64,000 nucleotides of DNA, taken from contig CALKUP010000001.1 in assembly GCA_937996685.1 (NCBI GenBank), positions 45,322-109,321 on the forward strand, read 5' to 3'. Origin of the DNA: an uncultured bacterium. GTDB lineage: Bacteria > Patescibacteriota > Patescibacteriia > UBA9570 > XYC2-FULL-38-9. The translations under genes and the position numbers were made by a program. Below are positions 18,262 to 30,527 of this stretch, piece by piece. The notes beneath the pieces are model-generated. The model was not told the origin of the DNA. It saw only the letters and a list, made by a program, of their open reading frames with translations, and searched no databases. The stretch's first letter is position 1; each line of letters starts with the position of its first letter.

Positions 18262-18684
18262 ATGGCCTTGTCATTTGTTAGGAATGAAACAACATTCGGC
18301 ACTTGTCCTCTTTGTCACAAAGGAAACAATAGTACTCGGTTGGTTGTGAGCAAGAAATATGGACAGAGGTGCTGTAGTGATTGTCGCGCTGGTAAGTCGA
18401 TAATCATTTGCGCACGCTGCGCCGCCGATGCCCGAATCGCTGGGAGCGGTGTCCGTGGTCCCGTCTGCTTTGCCTGCTACAAGCGGTTTGACCAGCCGAA
18501 ACAACAGTGCTTTTGTTGTGGTGAAGTTCAGATCCTGAAAGACACGAGTCGGAGGCTCTGCAAAAAATGCCTCACCAAAAAAAACGTGGTGTGCATCACC
18601 TGCGAGAAGGTACGGCCAGATGCAGGCCACGGCATGTGCGGACCGTGCTCTCGCCGTCGGTTGCGTCATCAGTCTACCGCATAA
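18262..18684 (+). CDS. cysteine-rich protein with four tandem zinc ribbons (hypothetical)
   Basis: Eight CxxC-type pairs within 140 aa (CPLC, CSDC, CARC, CFAC, CFCC, CKKC, CITC, CGPC). The segment is somewhat GC-elevated. Confidence 0.5.
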   Translation: MALSFVRNETTFGTCPLCHKGNNSTRLVVSKKYGQRCCSDCRAGKSIIICARCAADARIAGSGVRGPVCFACYKRFDQPKQQCFCCGEVQILKDTSRRLCKKCLTKKNVVCITCEKVRPDAGHGMCGPCSRRRLRHQSTA

Positions 18685-18723
18685 TGTATGCGACGCCGGA
18701 CTTGATGTATGCAACCTTTTTTC

Positions 18724-19728
18724 TTATGAAATTTTTGTTGACATATCGCGATACAGCGCAATCATGCCAATAGCGCGAGCGATGTTGTGATCACGACGAG
18801 AAGTATACCGTGTGTCGTCCCACCCAAAATAATTATCGTTGACAATATCAGTAGCAAAGCGAGCTGCGAGCTCAAGGGTGATCATTTTAACAGCTTGAGG
18901 GATGAGTTTCTGTTCTTCTTCTGACAACTGAATTGACTCTAATATTCCTTCAAGCGCCGCAGTGTAATGCTCGAGATGAAATGTATTATTCGGGTCGTCT
19001 TCTTGCCCACCGCACCATGAGCGCAATGCATCGCCAATATCAACCAGCGGTGTATGCACCATCGTTGTATCAAAGTCGATCATGCAGGTTTCAGTGTCAT
19101 CAGTTGCAAATAAAATATTGGAAATTTTTGGATCACCATGCACAACGCGGGTTGGAAGATTTTTTGGGAGAAGATTTTTTTCGAGTTCAGGTGCGATGGT
19201 TTGTAATAATTCCCACTGACTGTCATGTACAAGAGCGCGTGCCTGTGCTTCAACCGCTCGCCATTCATCTAGAATGTCTGCTGTTTGATGCATTTTAAAA
19301 GAGCTGGTAAGTTCACCTGCGTCAAAATTTTTCATTCCGGCAAGAAACTGCCCCAGCGTTTCCCCGGCACGCCGTGCAATGTCAGCAGACGGAACAACGT
19401 GATATGTTTCACCTGGAATCGCGACCATAAGCTGCCAAAGATATTCTTGCGCGTCGATAAAAAATGGCACCTCTTGTGAAGAAGGAACGAGTGTAATGGT
19501 TGGAATACCTTCTGAGCGCAAATGTGTAACAACGCGATTAGCGTCGATAATCGTTTCCTTGCCAAAAATTTTTGCCATGCGTTGCAAGATGTATGTGCTG
19601 TCTTGTGCATGAACCACAAATGACCGATTGATTAAACTCAGCGGAATCGGTTCAATGGATTGAATGTTTTGAATACCAAATTCTGGGAGAATGGTTTGCT
19701 GGAGGTAGTCTTGAAGTGTTTGATCCAT
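18724..19728 (-). CDS. phosphotransferase-family protein, APH/choline-kinase-like
   Basis: Brenner motif VVHGDPKISNILF and the metal-binding MIDFDT. Internal ATG start (MDQTLQDY); the track ORF extends to a GTG at 19812. Confidence 0.65.
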   Translation of the reverse strand: MDQTLQDYLQQTILPEFGIQNIQSIEPIPLSLINRSFVVHAQDSTYILQRMAKIFGKETIIDANRVVTHLRSEGIPTITLVPSSQEVPFFIDAQEYLWQLMVAIPGETYHVVPSADIARRAGETLGQFLAGMKNFDAGELTSSFKMHQTADILDEWRAVEAQARALVHDSQWELLQTIAPELEKNLLPKNLPTRVVHGDPKISNILFATDDTETCMIDFDTTMVHTPLVDIGDALRSWCGGQEDDPNNTFHLEHYTAALEGILESIQLSEEEQKLIPQAVKMITLELAARFATDIVNDNYFGWDDTRYTSRRDHNIARAIGMIALYRDMSTKIS

Positions 19729-19821
19729 AGAACTACAGCATACTGGATTTTTGCTATTTACCAAAATAAGAAAAATGGTGCCACGTCTTTTGAAAAACGC
19801 AGCACCGAGCACAAGAGAGGG

Positions 19822-20475
19822 CTACAACCGGAATTGGTAGCCGGCGTAGACGATGGGGGTGTCGAGCAGGTTCACATGTGCGTAGAACCCGCCGATGGAG
19901 ATTCGCGGTCCAACGCGCGGGCCGTAGGTGTTCTCCCAGAAGACGCCAAGTTGCGGGCCTTTCTTCCACGGTCCAGCAGCAGCATACCCTTCGTAGTAGT
20001 AGCTGACCGGACGATCCTCGCTGAATCCCAGCGAGTGGATGGTCAGTGCACTGACTCGTCCGCCGGCTGCCGACAAGAGCGCGCTGTACCCAATCTGCGG
20101 CTGCACGCCCGTGCCAGGAAAGAAGGCAATCACGCCAATATTCAGGTTCTGCCGAACCGTGAGGCTTTTACCTTCCCATGACCAGTGGATGCCAGCGCGC
20201 CCAGCAGTCCAGCCGCTGATGCTTTGGTCATCGCTCCAGTGGACGTCGATGCCGGACTGGGCGAAGACACTCACCCCGAGCCAGTGGCAGTCGCAGGCGC
20301 CGAAGTGCCTGTTTGGTCCGATCGCGCTGACGGTCGTCAGCTTCACCCGGCCGAGTTCCGGAGAGGCTGCGAGTTGCACGTCTCCGAAGGTGTTGTGCGC
20401 AATCGCGGTGTGTTCAGGCTCCTGTCCAGCAAAAGCGCTGGAAAGGGCGGCGGCGAGCAAAAGAGCAGGGAACAT
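19822..20475 (-). CDS. secreted beta-strand-rich hypothetical protein in a high-GC islet, outer-membrane beta-barrel-like
   Basis: Cleavable signal peptide MFPALLLAAALSSAFA. Strands alternate hydrophobic and polar residues. The C-terminus YAGYQFRL is aromatic-rich. The segment is strongly GC-rich and several spurious ORFs cross it in other frames. Confidence 0.4.
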   Translation of the reverse strand: MFPALLLAAALSSAFAGQEPEHTAIAHNTFGDVQLAASPELGRVKLTTVSAIGPNRHFGACDCHWLGVSVFAQSGIDVHWSDDQSISGWTAGRAGIHWSWEGKSLTVRQNLNIGVIAFFPGTGVQPQIGYSALLSAAGGRVSALTIHSLGFSEDRPVSYYYEGYAAAGPWKKGPQLGVFWENTYGPRVGPRISIGGFYAHVNLLDTPIVYAGYQFRL

Positions 20476-20704
20476 GAGGACTCCAACGGGGTCGTGTTCG
20501 TCGCGTCATGCGAACGAACAGAGTAATCTGCGCCTGAATTCAATAAAATAAAAGCCGTTAGAACGTGTTGCGTTGACCTGTACCAGAAAAAGAGGGTGTT
20601 TTGTTGTGGTTTTGCGCAATCAGCTATCCACTGACTTGATTTTTATAGGTATTTTTGTTATCATAAAAAAGATGACAGAATAATTTTGTGAAAAACAATA
20701 GAAA

Positions 20705-21886
20705 ATGAGCCCTCATTCATTGTCAGAAAAACTTGTACAGCTCGGTTTAACGCATAATCAAGCGGCGGTTTACGAAGCGTTGCTTCAACATGGTCAATCA
20801 AAAGCGGCGGTTCTTATTAAAGAAACGGGATTGCATCGCAATATTGTTTATGAAGCACTGGATGCGCTTGAAAAGCGGCTGTTGATTTTTAAAACAACTC
20901 AAGGCGGTGTGGCGCTGTTTCAGTTGTCTGACCCTGATTCACTGCTTACTGAGGCAAATCAACGATTATCGCTCGCTCAAGCTATTGTCACCGAAGTGAA
21001 TATTTCACGTAGTCGTTCAAATCATGAAGTGAAGTTATATGAAGGGATGAGTGGGCTGCAGGCGCATAGACAATCGCTGTTGTCTGATCTTGAAGAGTCA
21101 AAAGAGGAACATTATATTATTGCAGGCTCACATAAACAGAAAGAGTTATACGATCTTGTGTTTCAGGGGTATGACCAACAGCGCATACAGAAACAATTGC
21201 CAGCGAAGATTTTGTTTTCGAATACGGACATGGCATATGCTGAGGTGGTCGGAGGTCTTGAATATACCGCTGCGAAAATTTTGCCGCAGCACATGCAAGC
21301 GCCTGTCATGATTGATATTTGGAAAGATCACGTCGCATTTATGACGAATGATGAAGAGCCGTTTGTTGTTTCGATTCGTAATGCGCAGATGTTTGAGTCA
21401 TTTCGTGAATATTTTCAAACGCTATGGCAACAAGATGTTGAAACGATTACCGGTTTGTCCGTCATTCAGACGTCGTTTTTGCGTTGGATGTATGAAATGA
21501 AGCCAGGGGAGGAGTATATGGTGATTGGTGCAAATTACGGCGAAGAAGAATCAGCGAATATCATGAGACCGTGGTTCGTGAAATACCACAAAAAACGCTT
21601 GCAGTATGGCGTGCGGGCTCGGTTGTTGACGTTGTCTGGCAGCATACAAGCAGTGGTTGATGAAATTGTTGAAGCAAACGATCCTGAAATGAAGCTGACT
21701 GAGCTGCGTGTGATGCAAAAAGAATTAACATCACCAATGCAAATAAACATCTATCCAACTGCTGTGCGATTTATTTATTGGGACGTTGAAGAAAAAGCTG
21801 TTGCAATTGATATACGACGAAAAGATATTCGTGATGCAATGGTGCAATATTTTACAGCGCTCTGGAATGCGAGCGACAAAGTATAG
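20705..21886 (+). CDS. TrmB-like winged-helix transcriptional regulator
   Basis: N-terminal HTH LGLTHNQAAVYEALLQHGQSKAAVLIKETGLHRNIVYEALDALEKRLL is typical of the TrmB family; 393 aa. Confidence 0.5.
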   Translation: MSPHSLSEKLVQLGLTHNQAAVYEALLQHGQSKAAVLIKETGLHRNIVYEALDALEKRLLIFKTTQGGVALFQLSDPDSLLTEANQRLSLAQAIVTEVNISRSRSNHEVKLYEGMSGLQAHRQSLLSDLEESKEEHYIIAGSHKQKELYDLVFQGYDQQRIQKQLPAKILFSNTDMAYAEVVGGLEYTAAKILPQHMQAPVMIDIWKDHVAFMTNDEEPFVVSIRNAQMFESFREYFQTLWQQDVETITGLSVIQTSFLRWMYEMKPGEEYMVIGANYGEEESANIMRPWFVKYHKKRLQYGVRARLLTLSGSIQAVVDEIVEANDPEMKLTELRVMQKELTSPMQINIYPTAVRFIYWDVEEKAVAIDIRRKDIRDAMVQYFTALWNASDKV

Positions 21887-21897
21887 GATGTTTCGTG

Positions 21898-21980
21898 TAC
21901 CGTGGGAGAGACTCGAACTCTCACAACTGTGAAGTTACTGGCACCTGAAGCCAGCGCGTCTACCATTCCGCCACCACGGC
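21898..21980 (-). tRNA. tRNA-Leu (anticodon CAG), long variable arm, CCA not encoded
   Basis: Reverse complement folds as acceptor GCCGTGG/CCACGGT, anticodon stem CTGGC/GCCAG with loop TTCAGGT, and T-loop GAGTTCGAGTCTC. Coordinates are accurate to about 2 nt. Confidence 0.75.
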
Positions 21981-22172
21981 ATATACATATATATGTATGC
22001 CAAAATATCCTAGCAATGAATAGATGAAGTCGCAAGAATGTGGGATTTGCTTTTTTTGAGGAGCATCCGTAAGATTTGCGCATTGATTGTTCAAAAAGGG
22101 CGATCATGCTTTTTGAGAACATCAACAGTGCTCATGCCACCAGGTCCCAAGAGGCCTATAGAAGGAGGGCGC

Positions 22173-23441
22173 ATGCCGGTCACAGCAGTTGTCGGAGCGC
22201 AATACGGAGATGAAGGGAAGGGTCGCATCGTCGACTACCTCGCCCAGCACGCGGACATGATCATCCGGTACCAGGGCGGCGACAACGCCGGCCACACCGT
22301 GATCAACCAGTACGGCAAGTTCGCTCTGCACATGGTGCCGTCGGGTGTGTTCAACCCCGTCGCCAAGTGCATCGTTGGCGCGGGCTGCGTCGTCAACCCT
22401 GAGAACCTGCTCGCCGAGCTTGCGCAGATCGAAGCTGCGGGTGTGCTGACGGGCAACCTGATGCTGAGCGAGCGCGCTCACATCGTCATGCCGTACCACC
22501 CGATGATCGACGGGCTCCAGGAGAGCAACCGGTCGGGCAAGGAGGTCATCGGCACGACCAAGCGCGGGATCGGACCGACCTACGCTGACAAGGCGGCTCG
22601 TTGGGGCCTGCGCCTCGGCGACCTGCTCCACCCTGACTGGTTCCGTGAGCGCCTCAGCAACGTGCTTCCGCACAAGAACCGCGAGATCACGGAGTTCGGC
22701 GGCCAGCCGTTCGAGATGAGCGAGTTGCTCGCCACCGCCGAGGTTTGGCGCGCCAAGCTCGGCCACCGCATCGTCGACACCATGCCGATCGTGCAGGCGG
22801 CGGTCAGCCAGGACCTCAACGTGTTGCTCGAAGGCCAGCTCGGCGTGATGCGCGACATCGACTGGGGTATCTACCCGTACGTCACGTCGTCCAACCCGAT
22901 CTCGGGCGCGGCGTCGGCGGGTGCGGGCCTGCCGCCCCAGGCGATCAAGAACGTGCTCGGCGTGGTCAAGGCCTACGCCACTGCGGTCGGCGCTGGTCCG
23001 TTCCCGGTTGAGCTCACCGACGAGGTGGGTGAGCGCCTGTGCGACATCGGCAAGGAATACGGCGCGACGACTGGTCGTAAGCGTCGCTGCGGCTGGTTTG
23101 ATGCCGTTGCCTTGCGCTACGCCGCGTGGCTCAACGGCTTCACCAGCCTCGCGATCACCAAGCTCGACGTGCTCGACACCTTCGAGGAGATCAAGGTCTG
23201 CATCGGCTACCGCTGGCGCGACCGCGTTTTCACGCACGTGCCTGATGCCGCGATCTACGGTGAGTGCGAACCGGTGTACGAGACGTGGCCGGGCTGGAAC
23301 GAGTCCACCTGCGACGTCCGCACCTGGGACGACCTGCCCAAGCCCGCGCGCCTCTATCTGCGCCGCTTGAGCCAGCTCGTGGGCGTGCGCATCCAGTTCA
23401 TTTCGGTGGGCCCCGAGCGCGAACAGCTCATTGTGATGTGA
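22173..23441 (+). CDS. purA: adenylosuccinate synthetase, high-GC and likely horizontally acquired
   Basis: Motifs [32 protein letters not shown] and [16 protein letters not shown] sits 6 nt after ggaggg. Codon third positions are overwhelmingly G/C, unlike the neighbouring genes. Confidence 0.85.
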   Translation: MPVTAVVGAQYGDEGKGRIVDYLAQHADMIIRYQGGDNAGHTVINQYGKFALHMVPSGVFNPVAKCIVGAGCVVNPENLLAELAQIEAAGVLTGNLMLSERAHIVMPYHPMIDGLQESNRSGKEVIGTTKRGIGPTYADKAARWGLRLGDLLHPDWFRERLSNVLPHKNREITEFGGQPFEMSELLATAEVWRAKLGHRIVDTMPIVQAAVSQDLNVLLEGQLGVMRDIDWGIYPYVTSSNPISGAASAGAGLPPQAIKNVLGVVKAYATAVGAGPFPVELTDEVGERLCDIGKEYGATTGRKRRCGWFDAVALRYAAWLNGFTSLAITKLDVLDTFEEIKVCIGYRWRDRVFTHVPDAAIYGECEPVYETWPGWNESTCDVRTWDDLPKPARLYLRRLSQLVGVRIQFISVGPEREQLIVM

Positions 23442-24087
23442 TGCGGACGGCGTCACGACACAGTTCTCAGTGCTCAATGCACTATTGAGCACCAGCGGCG
23501 CGTTGTGCGTGGATTTTATCCCGTACAACCCGCTGCTTTTTTCTTTATAGAATCGAAAGCGTACTTATCCCCATTTTTATCCACTTATACACAGAGTTGT
23601 CCCAGGATAGGGGTTTGACATGAAAGTGCCTTTCACGTATAGTGTTTTAGCTCTCTGAAATTTTAATTTTACGCGGCATACGACGCTAAAGCAACGAAAA
23701 AACTCTGTGGACCCTTTGTTTATTGATTCGTTGTTCAGCCAATGCCATTTCACGATGACAATCGTTACCACAACAAACAACACAAGCAACTAAGCCGATA
23801 GCACAATCTGTGTGTACCGGAGTCGCTTGTAAGCGATTTTTTTGAACCCTTTCCAACTCACTTCACCTTCACAGACCTGTTTTTTCTCTAATATTTAGAA
23901 AAAAGTAGACCTGTGCCGATGAATTCTCGAACCTGACAGCACGAACGTTGACAACTGAATAGATCAAGATCTGCAATAGATAAAAAAATTGTAATTTTCG
24001 TTGATTCCGTAACAAGAATCTCAACAATTCTCATATAACATACAATGTTCAAATATATGTGTTCAAAATGTATAGTCTCAACTATAC

Positions 24088-26996
<2,909 letters not shown>

Positions 26997-27209
26997 ATGG
27001 TCTTGACGTATAGTTGATACTATACCGCGTGCAAGACGCACGCTCTACGTTTCAGTTTGTATAAAAGCAAACAAGAGAAGAAACAACGCAGAAATATTTT
27101 GATCTATTCAGTTAAGTAACGTTTTATCGCAAGAGAGGTGATGCTCTCCTGTGATGAAAGCGGTTAGAGTCACCAGAGTTGTGATGCGAAACAGATTCGC
27201 GTAACAATT

Positions 27210-27314
27210 CTGGTGGTTCTAGCGACACGGAAACACCTGTTCCCATTCCGAACACAGCAGTTAAGCGTGTCAGCGCCGATGATAGCCTTCGGGTGAAAGT
27301 AGGTCACCGCCAGT
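27210..27314 (+). rRNA. rrf: 5S ribosomal RNA
   Basis: tctggtggttctagcgacacgg...gttcccattccgaacacagcagttaagc...gtaggtcaccgccag is typical 5S. Ends are approximate. Confidence 0.8.
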
Positions 27315-27326
27315 TTATCGATCTAA

Positions 27327-27349
27327 GCGTCCCTTCGGGGGCGCTTTTT
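27327..27349 (+). terminator. rho-independent terminator of the rRNA unit
   Basis: gcgtccc-ttcg-ggggcgc hairpin with one G-U pair, followed by T5. Confidence 0.7.
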
Positions 27350-27431
27350 CGTTTTTATTAGTAGAAATAATACCTATAACCCGGTTGCATATTTTTCCCA
27401 GTTCGGTAGGGTGTATGCAGGAGGTGTTTTG

Positions 27432-27923
27432 ATGACCAATACAAACCAAGTCTTGTCCGTTCAAGTACCGAAGAGCTCTAAACTTCGTCGGAGGTTTACA
27501 ACACAGGATCGCGACAGACTAATGTCCTTTGTCATTGAATGGGCACGCCTTGCAGGTGCGATCCAAGAGCAGTTGCAATACGTTGCGTACCTGGTTTTGA
27601 AAGACAATAGTCAGAGCCTTGCAGTCGCGGCTCACGCTCTTGTAGATCATCGGGGTTGCTTGGGGTGTGATGCTCATTGGGTGCCCGGGATAAGTAACGA
27701 GCTGGATTGCCTGGCGTTGTTTCTCGACTTCAAGGCGAGGCGGCGACCTGCTCCGCGTACGGAAGAGGAGGACGATCCAGGAGGTGGTGAACAGTGGGGT
27801 TGCTACGACCTCGCGATTCTTGTGTACTACGGTCACGATGGAAAATTCGTTTTCGCACGGGTTGACCTCGCGCTCGATTTCGAGCACAAAATAGCGGAGG
27901 AGTTCTTCGCTCCGGATGCGTAA
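27432..27923 (+). CDS. hypothetical protein in a GC-rich islet
   Basis: ATG follows a strong SD (gcaggagg). The 163-aa product has no recognised motif. It is GC-rich relative to flanks and sits immediately downstream of the rRNA terminator. Confidence 0.4.
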   Translation: MTNTNQVLSVQVPKSSKLRRRFTTQDRDRLMSFVIEWARLAGAIQEQLQYVAYLVLKDNSQSLAVAAHALVDHRGCLGCDAHWVPGISNELDCLALFLDFKARRRPAPRTEEEDDPGGGEQWGCYDLAILVYYGHDGKFVFARVDLALDFEHKIAEEFFAPDA

Positions 27924-28069
27924 TCTCGCGCCAGGCCACCTCAGGTCACAACATCATTCTGACGTGGCAACAGGGAGGGGTGTTTCACAAAGCGCCCTTC
28001 CTTATTTCTTATTTGATATATGCTACGTGGTAGTTTTTTTAGAGTGATACATGTGCTAGGCTAGAGCGT

Positions 28070-29365
28070 ATGAAAACCATTATTGATCTCCACATGCACT
28101 CGCATTATTCGCGAGCGACCAGCAAGCAACTGACGCCGTTTGGGATTGTTCGCGCTGCGGCGCTGAAGGGCGTTGATGTGATTGCGACAGGCGATATCAC
28201 GCATCCGCAATGGCTCGATGAAATTGAACGCGATTGCATTGAAGATGGTAGTGGATTTTTGACGTTGAAGCCTGAAGTGATTGAACGAAACTGGAAAGCG
28301 GAAGATCCGTATTGGATGCGCGAGGCAATGACTCGAGTGCGGCTCATTTTGTTTGGTGAGGTGAGTAATATCTATAGACGCGATGACAAAACACGTCGAG
28401 TACATATGTTGTTCGGCGTTTCTTCGCTCGCAGCAGCGCGTGCGGTCAACACTGAGTTGCAGGATCGTGGATATAACATTCTGTATGACGGGCGACCAAT
28501 TATCGGGATGGATGTTCGCGAGCTAATGAAAATGTATTTGGACGTAGATCCGAATGCGCTTGTGATCCCGGCGCATATTTGGACGCCATGGTTTGCATTG
28601 TTTGGCAGCAAGTCGGGCTTTGATTCTTTAGAAGAGTGTTTTGGCGACATGACGCCGCATATTTTTGCTATTGAAACAGGCTTGTCGTCTGACCCGGCAA
28701 TGAACGTGCGAGTAAGCTCCTTGAACAACGTGTTGATTACCAGTCACTCTGACGCCCATTCAACAGAAAAAGTTGGGCGAGAAGCAACCGTGATGGAATT
28801 GCCAGAACGCACATACACCGCCTTGCATACAGCAATGAAAAATCGAGAAGGCCCGCTCTGTACAATTGAGTTTTATCCGGAAGAAGGGAAGTATCACATG
28901 GATGGCCACAGAGCGTGCAATGTTCGACTCACCCCAAAAGAAACCTTGAAAAATAACGGCTTGTGTCCGGTGTGCAAATTACCAGTGGTAGTCGGAGTCA
29001 TGAATCGCGTGGAGCAAATCGCGGATCAAACGGCGGACGAGCGACCAAAAAATGTCAGCGCACCATTTCAATCAATCGTTCCGCTTCCAGAAATTATTGC
29101 ATCAGCCTTTGGTGTGAAAAGTGTGACAAGCAAGCGCGTGCAAGCAGAATTCATGTCGCTGATTCACGCACTTGGTAATGAGTTTTTTATTTTACTTGAT
29201 GCGCCAATTAAAGACATTGCTCGTGTTGCGCATCCGCTCGTTGCGGAAGGGGTCAAGCGAGTGCGCGAAGGAACAATTCACATTGAACCAGGCTATGACG
29301 GAGCATTTGGTGTTGTCGAGGTCTTTACGCAAGATGAGCGCGCGCAATACAAACAGCGCTCGTAG
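28070..29365 (+). CDS. PHP-domain protein, endonuclease Q-like
   Basis: PHP N-terminus DLHMHSHYSRATS with further metal-binding His and Asp residues. An internal CPVCKLP zinc-finger-like motif sits about two thirds of the way along. At 431 aa it matches the size and architecture of EndoQ/TIGR00375-type proteins as I recall them. Confidence 0.5.
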   Translation: MKTIIDLHMHSHYSRATSKQLTPFGIVRAAALKGVDVIATGDITHPQWLDEIERDCIEDGSGFLTLKPEVIERNWKAEDPYWMREAMTRVRLILFGEVSNIYRRDDKTRRVHMLFGVSSLAAARAVNTELQDRGYNILYDGRPIIGMDVRELMKMYLDVDPNALVIPAHIWTPWFALFGSKSGFDSLEECFGDMTPHIFAIETGLSSDPAMNVRVSSLNNVLITSHSDAHSTEKVGREATVMELPERTYTALHTAMKNREGPLCTIEFYPEEGKYHMDGHRACNVRLTPKETLKNNGLCPVCKLPVVVGVMNRVEQIADQTADERPKNVSAPFQSIVPLPEIIASAFGVKSVTSKRVQAEFMSLIHALGNEFFILLDAPIKDIARVAHPLVAEGVKRVREGTIHIEPGYDGAFGVVEVFTQDERAQYKQRS

Positions 29366-29386
29366 CTCTTTGTAGTTTCGCGACTG

Positions 29387-30070
29387 TTATTCAATAACGC
29401 GAATCATGTCAGCAGATGAACGGCGCATTTTCGCGAGGTGTGCGTATTTGTCGTCTTCTGCGTGATATCCGATTGCAAGGGCAACTTCTGCGTGATATCC
29501 AGTGCCACGCAGGCCAAGGGCTTTATTGAAACCGGGTTCCATAAATCCCCCCATTGGACACGCGTCTACACCCAATAGCGCTGCTGTTTCAAGCATAAAG
29601 CCAAGGCTGATATAGGCCTGTTTTGCTGCCCATTCGTGGTCTTTTCGGCCAGCCGGCGTCCATTTTGCAAGTCCTGGAAACCAGCGAACAAAGCGAGTGA
29701 TTTTGACATAGAGCATCACGCTTTTTCGAAAGCCAGCGAGTGAAGAAACGTCAATGTTGCGGGCCGCTGCAATGCGTTCCATCGCAGCGTCAACGTCATC
29801 CACGGTCAAGACATTTTTGATAGAAAAAACAATCAAATGAGATGCATCAGTAATTTGTGATTGACCCATCGCCGGCTTCAAGAGTTCTTTGCGTATTTCT
29901 GGATTCTTGACGACGATAATATCAAACGGTTGCAAACCAAGACTGCTTGGGGCAAGTCGTCCGGCTTCAAGAATAGTTTGCAGATATTCTTCTGATACTT
30001 TTTTTGTTGGGTCAAATCGTTTGACTGCATAACGATGTTGTAAGGCATCGAGAATTGTTGATGTGTTCAT
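29387..30070 (-). CDS. nitroreductase-family NAD(P)H:FMN oxidoreductase
   Basis: MNTSTILDALQHRYAVKRFDPTKKVSEEYLQTILEAGRLAPSSLGLQPF is the classic nitroreductase N-terminus; 227 aa. Confidence 0.75.
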   Translation of the reverse strand: MNTSTILDALQHRYAVKRFDPTKKVSEEYLQTILEAGRLAPSSLGLQPFDIIVVKNPEIRKELLKPAMGQSQITDASHLIVFSIKNVLTVDDVDAAMERIAAARNIDVSSLAGFRKSVMLYVKITRFVRWFPGLAKWTPAGRKDHEWAAKQAYISLGFMLETAALLGVDACPMGGFMEPGFNKALGLRGTGYHAEVALAIGYHAEDDKYAHLAKMRRSSADMIRVIE

Positions 30071-30091
30071 ATGTGTGAGAAATACTATATA

Positions 30092-30418
30092 TTAACGAGA
30101 GTGTTTTTTGCCCCAGGCTCGAAATGAGTCAAGAATTGGGTCAACAGCTTTAGCTTTTTTTGTGAGTGTATATTCTACTTTTGGAGGAATAACCGGATAG
30201 GCTTTGCGAGTAATGAGTCCTGCAAATTCCAGCTCTTCTAATCGCTCGGTCAGGGTTTTTGTTGAAATTCCATGGACTGATTTGAGTAGCTCGCCGAAGC
30301 GTTTTTTGCCAGTTTGCAAGTCGCGCAGAATGAGTAGGGTGTATTTTTTCCCGAGCAAGGCAAGGGCATGCTCGATCGGACAGGCGTCCCCAGGTTGTAT
30401 TTTTTTATCCACAGCCAT
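30092..30418 (-). CDS. HxlR-family transcriptional regulator
   Basis: CPIEHALALLGKKYTLLILRDLQTGKKRFGELLKSVHGISTKTLTERLEELEFAGLITRKAY. It is paired with a nitroreductase, which is typical for this family. Confidence 0.8.
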   Translation of the reverse strand: MAVDKKIQPGDACPIEHALALLGKKYTLLILRDLQTGKKRFGELLKSVHGISTKTLTERLEELEFAGLITRKAYPVIPPKVEYTLTKKAKAVDPILDSFRAWGKKHSR

Positions 30419-30527
30419 AATCTTTACTTTACTATATGAAACTACTTTACAAAAGAAAGTATAAAACGTATCCTATAGATTGTCAATGCAATTGACGTTA
30501 TTTAATACGCAAAGAATAAAAAGAGTT

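Noticed and set aside
19660-20551. Plus-strand ORFs 19660-20181, 20039-20551 and 20185-20526 in the high-GC islet
   Set aside because: Their products are Pro/Ser/Cys-rich and low-complexity with no signal or motif. The minus-strand ORF with a signal peptide is the more protein-like reading, and even that carries only moderate confidence.
22122-23528. 468-aa minus-strand ORF and several other long ORFs overlapping purA
   Set aside because: High-GC DNA yields long open frames on all strands. Only the + frame carries the complete set of PurA motifs.
23442-24087. Possible 16S rRNA or tRNA in the AT-rich region upstream of 23S
   Set aside because: No 16S-like conserved blocks or tRNA cloverleaf could be folded. 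The region is treated as promoter or leader. Weak -35/-10-like hexamers are present but were not called.
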